A DNA stretch of 64,000 bases from Octopus sinensis (taxonomy: Eukaryota). Within the stretch, counting starts at the first letter, position 1; each line of letters begins with the position of its first letter. A model generated the notes under the pieces. It was not told the DNA's origin and searched no databases. It saw only the letters and a program-made list of their open reading frames with translations. The stretch is from positions 59,768,001-59,832,000 of the forward strand of contig NC_043010.1 of NCBI RefSeq assembly GCF_006345805.1, read 5' to 3'. Made by a program: the position numbers and the translations under genes. Shown here piece by piece: positions 25,938 through 39,589 of this stretch.

Positions 25938-26130
25938 ATTCTGTTGTATCTGGGGAGAGTCATTTTCTTTTTGTGCCTTATAATGTAACACACTCACCGG
26001 TAAAATTTCCACTATATTCTTTTTTTTTTTTAATTTTTATAAAAATAAGAAATAAGTGGAAATTTTATCGGTGAGTGTGTTACATTATAAGGCACAAAAA
26101 GAAAATGACACTCCCCAGACAATACAGAAT
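25938..26130. repeat. Fold-back inverted repeat (~76-bp arms), MITE-like
   Basis: attctgttgtatctggggagagtcattttctttttgtgccttataatgtaacacactcaccggtaaaatttccact (25938-26013) pairs with 26055-26130. Confidence 0.85.
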
Positions 26131-26504
26131 GTACAAATGTTGAAATGATTTTATGTCAGCATATTTTTCAACGTGAAGAATACCTCAGCATTATTGCAGC
26201 GATGACAATAAGAGAGAACAGCATATATGATAAGTGAAACCTTTCTGCACATATCTACAGGTGATGAAATCTTGTATGAAAGTGTCTTTAATGATTGCAG
26301 TATTTTGAATCTTTTTGGCACCATGTACTTGACTGTGTGCCATGTTACACCACTGTATTTCACATACACAATGTACAGAGCTGCATCACTATTATTTAGA
26401 TAGATAGATAGAGTGAGAGAGAGAGAGAGAGAGAGGTCATCGAGGAGGGGATTGTGATTTTGGTATTATAATCTTGAAGCTCATTGTAGTCAAGGTTATG
26501 GGAT

Positions 26505-26910
26505 AGTTAAGTTAAGTTAATTTTTTGGCTCAAAAACCAAAAGGAAGACCATGTAGGGGGACATGGAGTTATGTACAGGGTGGTGTTCATGCAAAGAGTT
26601 CAGGCTATTTGTGGTCAAGGGAGACTTTGAACCGAACGGTTGTCGGCATCTTCACCATCTCGTCTGACAGCTTGTTCCACGGATCCGCAACCCGGACGAA
26701 GAAAGCCCCTCTCCTTCGATTGAGATGAAATTGTCGCAGATAGAGCTTTTCGGAATGACCCTGCAGCCAACGCTCTGGAGCAGGAGTGAAGAATAGCTCT
26801 TTCGAGAGGTTACACTTTCCGCTTATGATGTTGTGAGCAAGAATGAGATCATCACGGCATCGTCATTTTTCTAGAGAATAAAGGTCGAGCGTCTTCAGCC
26901 TTTCTTCATA
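26505..26910 (-). mobile_element. 5'-truncated CR1-clade LINE, older copy
   Basis: Reverse complement of 53470-53853; minus strand reads YEERLKTLDLYSLEK*RCRDDL...; (TTAAC)n tail; CpG-type decay. Confidence 0.85.
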
Positions 26911-27677
26911 ATGTCTTTGATGTTTTCTCACATGCAAATTACATTTGCCATAGACTTTTTGAATGTTCTGCAAAGCTGCAGTGAAACTATTTTATTTCTA
27001 ACTTGATACACTACAATTACTGACAGATTTTATTAAGAATATTAATAAGATTATTGTTATTGTTTCCTAATTAGTCTTGTGTCCAGATGGTTCTCCATTG
27101 AATCAAGCAGTTTCTATCTCAGAAGCTTCTGAGTGAAATGTAGGAGAAAGGAAGTGTGAATGAGTTTGTTATACAGACAGTTCCTGGATGGTAGATCTTG
27201 TTCATTACCCAGTTCAATATGACTTTTGAGAATCTTTAGTCGAGTCCACTCTGCTGGATAAATTGTATTGGGTCTCCAGTATGAAGAGACATGACACAAA
27301 TGCTATCGCAGACCTTCCTCCCAACATTCTTGGGGCCCAGAGAACAAGTCATGAATGTTGCCATTCTTCCTCTGACTTAAAGGTTAAAAAAAAAAAAAAA
27401 ATCAAAGTCCATATCAGCCCAGTTTCTCATAAATTAAGAAGTTTTGGGTTTTTAAAACTTCACAACTTACATTAGTTTTTTTTTTTTTTTTTGTTATTTA
27501 TAATGTTACAACCACAAAATGGTTGGCAGAGAGTAAATATCAGTTTTTCAATATTTGTCTCAGTTTTGAGAGACCTTAAATTACAATATGTGCAAATCAC
27601 CCTGTGTACCTTACACTATTACTACATCTATTTTTGAATTCACTTCCTATTATTTTCATTCTTTATTATTTTCTAAG

Positions 27678-28106
27678 GCAGCAAGCTGGCAGAAACATTA
27701 GCAGGCTGGGCAAAATGCTTAGCAGTATTTTGTCTGTCTTTATGTTCTGAGTTCAAATTCTGCCGAGGTCGACTTTGCCTTTCATCCTTTTAGGGTCGAT
27801 AAATTTAGTTCCAGTTGTGTACTGGAGTCGATCTAATCAACTGGCTCCCTCCCACCAAAATTTTGGGCTTTGTGCCTAGAGTAGAAAATATTGTTTATTA
27901 TTTTCTGGCAAAATGGTGAGATGGCAGAATCTTTAGCAAACCAGTCAAAATACTTATGCAGCACTTCATCTGTATTTATGTTCTGAGTTCAAATTCCACT
28001 CAGGTCAGCTTTGCCTTTCATCCTTTTGGGGTCAATGAAACAAGTACCAGTCAAGCACTGGGGTTCGATGTAATTGACTGTCCCCTCCATCCAAATTTCA
28101 GGCCTT

Positions 28107-28144
<38 letters not shown>

Positions 28145-29115
28145 GTAGTAGTAGTAGTAGTAGTAGTGTTATTATTCAGAAGGGTAATGGACAATAGACA
28201 CAGACATGGCTATGAGGCAAGAAGTTTACATCCTGGCTTGTAGCTGGAAACTTGTGGTTCTGGGATCAGTTCCACTGCGTGGCACCTTGGGCAAGTGTCA
28301 TCTACTATAGCCATGGGCGAACCAAGGCCTTGTGAGTGGATTTGGTTGACAGAAACTGAAAGGAGCCTATCATGTGTGTGTGTGTGTGTGTGTGTACGCA
28401 TGTTTATGTCTCCTTGTGTTAACATCACATGACGGTGATTGATTTCCAGTATTCTGCAAGAATGGAGGAGGTGAGCTGGCAGAACCGTTTTTGTGCCGGG
28501 CAAAATGCTTTGTGACATTCCGTCTGTCTTTACATTCTGAGTTCAAAATTCCTCTGAGGTTGACTTTGCCTTTCATCCTTTCAGGGTCAATTTTGCTTTT
28601 TATCCTTTTAGGGTTGACTTTGCCTTGCATCCTTTTGGGGTTGATAAAGTAATTACCAATTAAACACAGGATGTGATTAAATAATAGATTTAATCCCTTC
28701 TTCAGAATTGCTGGCCTTGTGCCAAAATTTGTAACCAATTTTCTGCAAGAACGTGTCTGGCCCTAGGGAAATATCACTTTGCTTGGAAACATGTGAAGAT
28801 TGGTAACAAGAAGGACATCCAGCTGTAGAAATCTATCTCAATAGACTCCATCTGACCCATGCTAGCATGAGAAAGTGGGCATTAAAATGATGATGATGAT
28901 GATGATAATGGTGGTGGTGGTGGTGCTGGACATCAGAGTCAGTAAAGTATCAAACAAAATGACTTACAGTCTTTGTTCTGAGTTCAAATTCTGCTGGGGT
29001 TAACTTTTCTTTTTATCCTTTAGGGGCCAATAAAATAAGTACCAATCAAATATCAGGATTGAATTAATTCCATCTGTGTTCTCTGCCTAAAGTCAGAGCT
29101 TGTAACAATATTAGA
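27678..29115 (+). mobile_element. Pile-up of at least five same-orientation SINE copies from two families
   Basis: Repeated ggcaga...ttctgagttcaaattc...gactttgcctttcatcc motifs at ~27678, 27910, 28470 and 28925, plus a second family at ~28200 and a (GAT)n tail ending ~28905. Confidence 0.75.
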
Positions 29116-29487
29116 AATGTTTATTTATAACATATCAACTGAAACTCTGTTTATCTTCTTTTAATATGAAACACTTGAAGTGTTCATGATGAAAATCTCT
29201 GCTGAGTCTGATATACTGAATAAGATTATCTACATGTGTGGTCTCAATCATCAAAGAATGTGACATTACAGTAAAACTACTTGACAACTATTAAACATTA
29301 CAAACACATTATAGATTAACTAAAAATATTTTAGCAGTTTTAATTGTACCTGAACTAAAAGTAATGTTATCTGGGTTTTTTTTAAAAAATATTCTTCTGA
29401 AATCCTTTAACTCTTTGCTATTTTTCAATTGAAATAATATACTTGATCTGGTATTTAATATTTCATATTTTATTATTTATTTCACAG

Positions 29488-29623
29488 CAAAACTATAGTC
29501 AGCCAGTAGCAGTGACATCATTTGAATACCCCCCTGGCATGTCGAGCAATCATAAAGATAGTGAACAGTGCTGGAGTGAAGGGTCAAGTACACACTATGA
29601 AGAAATACCAGCAGTATCATCAG
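29488..29623 (+). CDS. PCDH: U3 exon 3 (divergent)
   Basis: ttcacag acceptor; QNYSQPVAVTSFEYPPGMSSNHKDSEQCWSEGSSTHYEEIPAVSS; phase-1 GTAGAG donor. Confidence 0.85.
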
Positions 29624-29715
29624 GTAGAGAAGGGCTATTTTTCAATTGTAGTCTTGACGTCATATGAGGTACATTAAGGATTGCTCCATGTTTTCTATTG
29701 TCTGCTGTTTTGCAG

Positions 29716-29840
29716 GGCTTTGTGGTATACAGGCCAACACATCGACATGTAGTGAGGAGCTGCAAGAGAACCAAGAGAGGTATGTAACACCATCAGAAAA
29801 ACAATTGCCATCAACACCAGATGTTATAATACTTAACTGA
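29716..29840 (+). CDS. PCDH: U3 terminal exon 4
   Basis: ttttgcag acceptor; (G)LCGIQANTSTCSEELQENQERYVTPSEKQLPSTPDVIILN*. Confidence 0.85.
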
Positions 29841-30366
29841 CACTTGATCAATGTTAAAAGACTGAAACATTTAAAGACTGTCCTCAATCAACAACAACAA
29901 CACCAACAACATCAAAACACACCTTACCAAATACACATTAAATATTTTCCCCAAGACTTTAGCTTCCTTTGTCAACAAACTGACATTGATTATTCTGTAT
30001 CATAAACTTCACTTATCTACAGTCCTTAATAATTATAATTTCTCTTTCTGTTGAAGTAACCTTGTAATTTTAAAGTGTTTTTATATATCTAATGTTAAAA
30101 TATCTTTTTGTGTTTTCTCAATAAGACTTTTGATTATAATGATGGATAATCATAAATTTTTGTAAATAAAGATGTATTAAAAATATTTTTGCCATCCTTC
30201 CTTCTTTAATTGGGAGAATATTGAGAGAATTGGGAATTACTGCAAATGTAGGTCAAATATCCATTAACTGTGATAGAGTTTATTATCTTCTTAAATTCCT
30301 AGCAATATATTCTTATAATAGATCCTCTTTTTTAAAGTTAAAATATTTCAATTAAACTCTTTCTGT

Positions 30367-30486
30367 ATCTGACATGTTCGTATTATCTAGACTTATCAGG
30401 TAAAATTATTAGAGGAGTTGATATTGTTTCTCTTCACACTGAGAGAAAATACATCTAGCCTGACTTAGGCTGGAAGTAGCACTTAC
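30367..30486 (+). promoter_or_regulatory. Diverged upstream blocks A+B of U4
   Basis: atctgacatgttcgtattatctagacttatc...ttagaggagttgatattg; aggctggaagtagcac. Confidence 0.55.
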
Positions 30487-30513
30487 ACAGTCACACAGCT
30501 TTAAACATCCCCC

Positions 30514-30689
30514 ATCCACAGAGAAGAGTGAGAGGGAACTGCTGGTTCCCACTGACTCACCACCAACACTATTCCATCAACATGAAGCCATTGTCACACC
30601 ATAGCAGCAGTGACACAGACAACCATTAACAACAGAACATTGGGACCAAGTCACAGTTTATACAACAAAGGATTTTATGCACACTCAGT
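30514..30689 (+). other. Leader exon 1 of U4
   Basis: Conserved block; uORF 30582-30629; donor GTAAGT at 30690. Confidence 0.75.
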
Positions 30690-33387
30690 GTAAGTAGTCT
30701 CAGTTTTGTTAGTTTTCTTTTTTGTATTTCTTGTATTATAAATGAGAAATAGATATATTTTAAACATAGAACGTTTTTGTTTTTAGGAATTGTGAAAAGA
30801 AAACATTATGTGAAGATTTTTCATTTTATACATTATTATGTAATTCATTCTTAGATTCTGTTTATGTCAATATTATAGAAGCCTGTATGATAACATCTTG
30901 TGTTTCAGCATTTTAAAATATTAAAAAAAATCTTTTTCTCAAGAGTACTGTCAGGTTTCTGTTGTAGACTTTGCAGTAATTTTATATAAAATGGCCGGTC
31001 TGTTATAAAAAGATAATCAATAGAGAAAGTTATAGCAGTTTGTTTTACTTCATACTTTCTCCTCAATATTTGAAATACCTTTTATGTTCATATAATGATA
31101 TTATAAGATTATTGTCGTGTTTATTACAAATACAATGATGATAGAGTTTTAAAAGAATGTTTTGAAATTGTTTATCATTGATAATTGTAAGATGGCATAG
31201 AAAATATGTGGGTTTTTTTTATATGTATTTCCTTATTAGTGAAGTAAATATATTTTTTTCTGTTTGCTAAAAATATTTTTAATAATTGCAAATAATAATT
31301 AAATCTATCAAATTAATTTTAACAACCAAATGAATATATTTCAGAAATTATAAATTTTCAGCTGTTTTAATTCAATGTAATTACATGCCATTTCAAGTAC
31401 GATACGAAGAAGGTTGGCTTATCACTTTCATTATGAAGTGTCACACTGCTTGCGTAAGATTTTATAAGAAGATTATTTATTAAGGTTAACTTGTCAATTA
31501 CATCTGTGTATTTCTCTCCCAGAGGAAGTGATGGTACAATGGATATTACAAGAACATAGTTCTTGTAATATTTCAAATAAAAATGTCCAACTAGAAAAAC
31601 ATTCACTTGACATTCCACACATAACCATGCTGTCTTCTTTCCAGGCAAATTACCTTTTGGACTTGAATTTTCAAGCCATATTCCTTGCTTAGGACGAGGA
31701 AATTCTGAGGAAGATTTGGCTATTATTTTTGATAAGTCAGTTACATTTAAAACCTCATGGACACATGAAGAGTACAGTTTACTATTGTTGCAAGCTATTA
31801 CATGTTCCATCATTCTCAAACACCCAGACACATCTATAAAACTCTAGAAAACCATGACTCTACCATTCTTGGCACATTATGTTCCTGCTTTATCCCAGAT
31901 ACACACAAATGACGCCTTCTCCAAAGATGGTAGTGAAACCAATAACCTCTTTAATCCCAAACACTGTTGAGATGCATCAGCAAAGCTGTGTAGGAAACCC
32001 ATCACAGTCAAACTCTAAGTTCATGTGATTGGCCTTACCAGAACTTGGAGGAATACAATGGACACTGGAACAACGGTAATATTTCCAGACTGCTGCATTG
32101 CACTCCATACAATAAACCACTGAACGTCAATGATGGAATTTCTACATTGTTATTAGACCTACTAGAAATAGCAGCTAAATCTCCTTCCTATTACGCTTCA
32201 CTATCTTAAAAATGGCAAGACACATCTGGCAAGAGGATGGTCACAACTGGAATGTCTTTAATGGTAGGCCTATTGGATCATAGTTGATTTGAGGAATAAG
32301 CAATATCAACCAAAACAAATATATATACACCAAAATGCATGGTCCTCAATTAGGTGAGTGTTTGACCCCTTTAGATCAACAAGCTACATGCTGAATCAAA
32401 ACTGATAAAGGCTCCACAACAAATAATCTTTACTGGAAATAACATATTTATTTTCACTATATTAAGATATCTAGAACTATGATTTCTGTTTCTAAGTAAA
32501 TGAATGACTCTTACTGTTTATAGTGTTATAGAAAATCAATTTAATATCCTATAGACTCTTTTCTTTGCCAAGAAGGTTTCATTACTGAAAGATATATCAC
32601 TGGTATATAAAATTGTATGTTTATCAAACTGTGATTTCCTTTAATTGCATCCTCCAGTTAATTGCATAAGAATTACAATAAGTGAGACAATGTAATTAGA
32701 TGAAATTGACTTTAATAGTGTAAGAATACATCATCTTGTCAAACTCTGCTGTAGAATTGCAGACAATAAATGTTCAGATTCTCATGTCCTGTGGGGAGTG
32801 TTTAATGTTTTGTTTGGTTTTTCTTTCTCTCTCTCATTCCTCTGCTAGTAAACTAAGTTTTTGTCGCAATATATCAACCAATTTAGTTCACTCAATTGCT
32901 ATAATTAATTAGATAGATTTAATTAAATGTATCACCTTATTGCAATGGACGGAATTTGTAGATTGACTCACAAAATACTTTGTAGTGTTTAGTTGTGTAC
33001 CTTTCTGCTCCCGACTTCAAATCCTTCTGAGATTGACCTCCACTCTTTCATTCTTATGTCGCAGATAGAAGAAGTACCAGTCAAGTACTGGGGTCAAGGC
33101 CTTTTACTTATGTAAGAAATCAATATCTTATTGGAAAAGATTTCATATGTTGGTTAGATTTGATGAAAGATATCTAAGCTGTCAACTAGTTGTGATTATG
33201 ACTTTGCTTGTCAATCTAAGATGATGATATTTCATTTTAATCTCCACATGGTTACTAATATATGTCTGACACAAATCACTTTATAAAATTATAACAGAAT
33301 TCAGTTTCTATATATTGAGTTATTAAAACAAACAAATAATTCTAAATCCATTTTTATATTTCAGAATCTGCTGTTTGGTTTTTGTCA

Positions 33388-35766
33388 ATGCTTTCACTGA
33401 CAAAAGAAAATATGTTGAGCTTTTCAGTTTTGCTAACTTTCTTCTTCCCCTGCTGTCTCAGTTTTAATTTAATCTACAAGGTAAAGGAAGAGACAAACAC
33501 ACATACATTTGTTGGAGACATTACAGCTGATCCACAGTTTCAAGACGTAGTGCCATCTGGAGATATTGGTCATATTACGTTTAATCAACTGAAACTTAAA
33601 GGAACACAGATATTTAATGTTTCTGAAAGTGGGAAAATCTACACAATACAAACACTGGATGCTGAAGCCCTCTGTACTTTTGAAAAGGAATGTTTCCAGG
33701 AAGTTAAAGTTGCTGTTCACAAAGGAAAAAACTTCTTGAAAATCTTGAAAATTAAAGTAGTTATAGAAGACATCAATGACCACCAACCTGAGTTTCCAGA
33801 GAAAGAAATTACTATACGTTTCAGAGAAGGTGATGGTAAAGGAATGAAAAAGTCCATTCCAAATGCCATTGACAAAGATGTTGGAGTTTTAAATAGTGTA
33901 ATTAATTATCATTTAAAGGACAACAAGGAAATGTTTTCATTGTTAGTTTCTAAAAGAGCTGATGGAATATCTCGACTAGAGATTGTTCTAGAAAGTAAAT
34001 TAAATAGAGAAGTGAAAGATCACTATAGTCTGGAAGTCATTGCTAAGGATGGAGGAAGTCCATCCAAAGAAAGTATTTTAAAGGTAAACATAGAAGTTCA
34101 AGATGAAAATGATAATTTACCTGTATTTCAACAAAAACTATACAACATTTCTGTAAAGAAAACACAAGACAAAAACAAAGCTGTTGTTATTGTATCAGCT
34201 GAAGATCTGGATATCGGTAAAAATGGAGAGATTTCTTATTATTTTAGTCCAAAGACACTCGAGAAAAACAAACAATATTTCAAGTTAGATAAAATCACAG
34301 GAGAAATATTGTTCTCAAAAAATACAAACTTTAATGAAGAAACATTTAAATTATATATTGAAGCCAGAGATGGGGGCAACCCACCTCTCAGTTCCATAGC
34401 AACTGTTATGGTAAATGTCATCAACCAGCAGAACAATCCCCCAAATATTGATGTGAACTTTATTTCTACACAGAATCACAACACAGCTACCATTCTGGAA
34501 GACATCAAAGTTGGTAGTTTCATTGCTTATGTGATGGTCACTGACAACGATGTTGGACACAATGGAGAGGTGAACTGTCATATCAAAGATGACACATTCA
34601 AACTACAGTCAATGGGATCGAAGGAATATAAAATAGTTCTAAAGAAAGCAGTAGACAGAGAGACACGGGAACATTATCACTTTACTGTGTCGTGTGAAGA
34701 TAAAGGATTACCTGCTCTGAAAACGGATAAAGATCTGTCAATCCAAGTGTTGGATGTGAATGATGTAGAGCCACACTTTACGAAAGACACATTCAAGTTC
34801 CTTACCTATGAGAATGACAAAGCTAATTTCCCTATTGGCTTTATCAATGCTACAGACCCAGATATTGGTAAGGGAGGTGAATTGTCTTATTCTCTGAGAA
34901 ATAAACAGCAATATCGTCTGCCATTCCAGATTATCAACTCTGGCTTTATTTCAACAAACCAGTCTTTAGACAGAGAACACAGAGATTTCTATGAGTTTGA
35001 GGTTTTTGTGAAAGACAATGGAAGCCCATCTCTGAATAACACAGTGAATGTTGAAGTGGAAGTATTGGATAGAAATGATAATGCTCCATATTTTACATTT
35101 CCTAGTGTTGACCCTTTCACTCTTAATGTCCACTATCATCCGCAAAGTAAGAACGACATCACAGTTCTGAAAGCATCTGATATAGACAGTCACATGAATG
35201 CTTTTCTCAGGTATGAAATCGTTTCAGGTAACGAGAGACAGTTATTTAAACTGGATTCATTCACTGGTGTGTTATCTTACTCTCGCACAGTTTACCAAAA
35301 TGATGCCGGATCATATGAGCTTGAGTTTGTTGTGAAAGACAGTGGTACTCCAGTTCTGTCAGCAACAACTAGTGTGTCTTTGACACTGACTGTTAGTAAC
35401 AAGACGTCACCAATGTTCACAGCTGTGCACCTACCAAGTGATAACACAATAGATGCGACATTGTTGATTATCATTGTAGTAGCAGCTGTGATAGTATCTA
35501 TAGCTATTGTGGTTTCTATAACCCTGTGTATTGTGAGATGTAACAATGTGAGAAATAGCTCATCTGAAAGAACAGCAGAAGAGAAACAGGCATACCAATG
35601 TCGCAATGAGATGAGACAGTTGATCTATCAAGGTAACAACAGTGTACCTGTGATGTCAGGTAATCGAGGAGAGATGTCAGACAGATACGGTCATTCGAGG
35701 AGCCATTACTATCCTGAAGACTGGAAGACATCGACAATGAGCAGAACACTCCAGAAGTCTACAAAG
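33388..35766 (+). CDS. PCDH: Protocadherin U4 large exon (start may be ATG 33412)
   Basis: Acceptor tttcag at 33364; signal peptide MLSFSVLLTFFFPCCLS; six EC plus TM; phase-0 donor AAG/GTAAGT. Joins 36548-36698 and 38021-38142 in frame. Confidence 0.95.
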
Positions 35767-36547
35767 GTAAGTATTAAACATTCTGTAATTAATTTCTTAA
35801 TATTTAGACATTACCTGAAGTAAATAGTAACTCTGTATCATCCAACACCAGATTAATTATAGAACAATTATAATAATATAATTATATAGATGATACTGCA
35901 GAACAATTTTCATTTCAATCTATTTTCTTGAAGCTTCTGTTTAATAACAAAAAATTATGTGACCTGAATATTCTTCTAGAAATAAGATCTTAATCTTTTA
36001 TTCTTTCAGTTAATTTAGAAATTCCCTTACATTATAGCGAATTACATCATCTGTGTATGATGAAAGAAGCTGTAAGTTCTGAGTGATGTAGTTATAGCCT
36101 GTGTTGGGAGTTATTGAGGAAGGTTCTGCGTATCCTGATTCTCATTGCAAACCAATGTATTCCACTTTCAAACCGTTTGTACACATGAACGATTTTAGTT
36201 TATTCAAATTTCCTTTTGTTGTCTTTTCTGTTTAGTCTTAAATAATGGATAATGTGTTGGTCCTAAAACAGAGTCCAGTGTTTTATGCTTCATGCATGTT
36301 GACTATGTGTCAAACTATTACAATCTCTAAAATGTACCTGGTTAACCACATGTGTGATTTATAAAGTTAGGTTTTGTTGATGAAGGTGTCATATCTTGTG
36401 GTTGTTCATCCCAGATGTAATCAACATTTGATTCTGACTGTTCATATTATATAACCTTGTTAGATTCCCATCAGAGATGATGTAAACTATTCCTGGCAGG
36501 TGACAATGCATTTATGCTTATATAATGTTCTGTTTTGTCACCAGCAG

Positions 36548-36698
36548 AAATACAGTCAACCCATTGAGGTGACATCTTATGGAGACAACAGACCGTCTTC
36601 TCACTATCCCACTGACACATTGACCAGTCGTAAGAGCAGTGGACAGTGCTGGAGTGAGCGGTCAAGCAGACAGTATGAAGAAATACCAGCAATGTCAG
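36548..36698 (+). CDS. PCDH: U4 exon 3 (alternative start 36545)
   Basis: ccagCAG acceptor; tail peptide ending QYEEIPAMS; GTAAGG donor. Confidence 0.9.
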
Positions 36699-37469
36699 GT
36701 AAGGCTATTATTGTTCTTATTACTATCATCATCACCATTGTATGCAACAGCAGAATAATTAGATATTAAACAAAATATTTATGGTATTTAATTATGGGTC
36801 TGTATGTTCCAAGTTTAAATGTTGTGATCAACTTTACCTTTCATCTTTACCTTTCCTGTGTTTGATGAAATAAGCACCTGTCAAATTCTGGGGTTGCTTT
36901 AATGTATCCTCAGGGGGAACAGATTTATAACCAAAGACTAAAGCCTTCTTTCATTCTCATTGCTAATTCGTCCTTCTTTGTGTTATTGTTTATATGTGGT
37001 ATCATATGTACTAACAGGACCTGTGATTATATCGCAGAATTAATGGCAAACTTATTGAGTTATTTCTGAAAACTTTATCTAAAAATCCCGAAAGTGCAGC
37101 TTGTGTTGTGCCTGTATCAAAAGATAGTTGTTCATCTGCTAATCATTGAAGAGTGAAAGGAATTGGAATGCAATGACTACTTAATGCACTTTATATACAC
37201 ACTTTATATATTTTATTCACAATTCTATAGACTTAATATACAGCACTCTTAAATAAATATTCATTCTCATTTTCAAATATCCCCCATAAACTAAAATGAA
37301 AATATCCCATACATATAATATGACTTTCAGTTAAATGGCATATATCTGCCGCAAAAATAAGCATGAATATTTCACAGAATTGCTCTTATGCGTTAAGTGA
37401 TATAAAATGATATAAAAAAATCTTAGTTCAATTACAAATAAAAATACACTTATCACTATCCAATCACTA

Positions 37470-37895
37470 CCTCCATCATCTCTCTCCCCCTCTCTTTCTC
37501 CATCATCTCTCTTTCTCCTTCCTCTCTCTTTCTCTCTGCCTTTCTTTAATCTCACCATCAGAACATCACCCCTCTGCTATAATTATATTTTTAACTCTCC
37601 TCTATATCATCACTACCTTCAGCTAACTTTTTTAATCACATAATAAATATTACATTCCCCCGACCTTATGTCATGGATGCTTCTCTCTCCCTCTTTTTTT
37701 TCTCTCCTTCTTTTTCTTTCTCCCTCTATCTATCTCTTTGCACTATCCTCTCTTTTTCTTTCATTTTTCTTTCTCCTCTCTTTCCCATTAACTAATCATG
37801 TAAAATGTTTTACATTCCCTTTACCTCACACCATGGATGCTACTCTTTCCCTCTTTTTCTCTTTCCGTCTTTTCTCTCTCCCTCTTTTTCTCTAA
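37470..37895. repeat. Pyrimidine-rich (CT/CTT) low-complexity tract
   Basis: Directly visible. Confidence 0.75.
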
Positions 37896-38020
37896 TCATG
37901 TGAAACCGTTACTGATGGGCTAAGTAACGGAATGACAAGTAGAATTATTATAAGCTTAAAAATATTATCATGCATTTTAATTATTTTTTAACTCAAACTT
38001 TGTATTTCTCTGTATTTCAG

Positions 38021-38142
38021 GAATCTATGGTGGTGCCCCACCGGATGTATCAAGCACCAGTGAGAGAGACCATTACCAAGACAGATATGTGAAACCTCCA
38101 GAGAGACAGTTACCTTCAACACCAGATGTTGTTGTCAGTTAA
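38021..38142 (+). CDS. PCDH: U4 terminal exon 4
   Basis: tttcag acceptor; (G)IYGGAPPDVSSTSERDHYQDRYVKPPERQLPSTPDVVVS*. Confidence 0.85.
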
Positions 38143-38511
38143 ATCAGGTTACAATTATAGTTTCACTAAGATCAAGCAAATTTCATTTCTTTCTAAATAC
38201 CAAAGTACCAAAATAAATTTACAAATACAATTCACACAAAGAATCTTGCAAACCAGATCCAAAAACGAAATCTAAAATTCTTTCCTTGAATCTCTTTTTC
38301 TGTTAAAACCTTTAATTTTCACAAGTCCAAAGAAACATTGCAAATATATTTGACATAGTTTATTTAATTTGCCATTTTCCTTTAATATCTTCTTAAACTC
38401 ACATCTTAAAATATTATATGAAGGATTTATAGTTACACACATTAACAACATCAGCCATATTTTGTTAATATAACCTCTCTGTTCTAAGGATTTCTATGTC
38501 AGTCTCTCTCC

Positions 38512-38676
38512 ACATCAGACATGTTGGTGTTATATAGACTTATCATGGCTGACTGTTAGTGGAGCTGATAGTGTGTTACCCCCTCTCTCTCTCTCTCTCT
38601 CCCTCCCTCCCTGCTTCATCTGTGTGAGGAGAAACAACATATAGTTTGCATGAAGCTGGAGTAAGCATCACCCATC
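38512..38676 (+). promoter_or_regulatory. Conserved upstream blocks A+B of U5
   Basis: Block A identical to that of U1. Confidence 0.65.
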
Positions 38677-38746
38677 CTTCTCTCTCACCCTCTCACTCAC
38701 ACGCTCTCACACACACTCACACACTCACACTCACTAAACACCACAC

Positions 38747-38923
38747 ATCCACAAAGGAAGACTGAGAGGGAACTGCTGGTTCCCACTGACTCACCACCAA
38801 TACTATTCCATCAACATGAAGCCATTGTCACACCATAGCAGCAGTGACACAGACAACCATTAACAACAGAACATTGGGACCAAGTCACAGTTTATACAAC
38901 AAAGGATTTTACACACAATGAAG
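38747..38923 (+). other. Leader exon 1 of U5
   Basis: Conserved block; uORF 38816-38863; donor GTAAGT at 38924. Confidence 0.75.
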
Positions 38924-39462
38924 GTAAGTAGTTTTCATTTTCATTCTCTGATCCTCACTTATTTAATCAAATAAGGAAGAAGTATAACAAAGGAACAATT
39001 TGTATATGGACGATCTAGTTTTAACAATTGTGGGAACATTGACATATAATTATTGGCTTGAAAATTCATTATTTCTCTTTAATATTCTCTTTATTAGGAA
39101 ACTTTGTTTTCTTTGGTTTCCATTCTGAATAGAATATCTTCCATTTGTATCTTTTAAAATGGATTTTCAATAGAAGCTTTCCACTTAGGATGAAACATTT
39201 TCCTCCAAGTTGAACATCAATAGACAAGACTTCCCAAACCTAAAACAAAACTAAACAAGATGGAGGCAGCATGTCAGGATGTTGTTGACAGTGTGAAGCT
39301 GCAATCTCATCTTCTTAGATTTGAGGTAATTTGTTAGAGTCACACACAATACTATCACAAATGGAAACTTACTTTGGTTTAATATTTGCAATTTATCTGG
39401 AAAATAAAACAACACTGACATGAACTGGCACTGAAAATATCCCTCATTTAATGAAGAAATAT

Positions 39463-39465
39463 AAT

Positions 39466-39510
<45 letters not shown>

Positions 39511-39523
39511 GATGATGATGATG

Positions 39524-39563
<40 letters not shown>

Positions 39564-39580
39564 TGATGATGATGATAATA
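39463..39580. repeat. (AAT)n/(GAT)n compound microsatellite
   Basis: Directly visible. Confidence 0.9.
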
Positions 39581-39589
39581 AAAATGATT

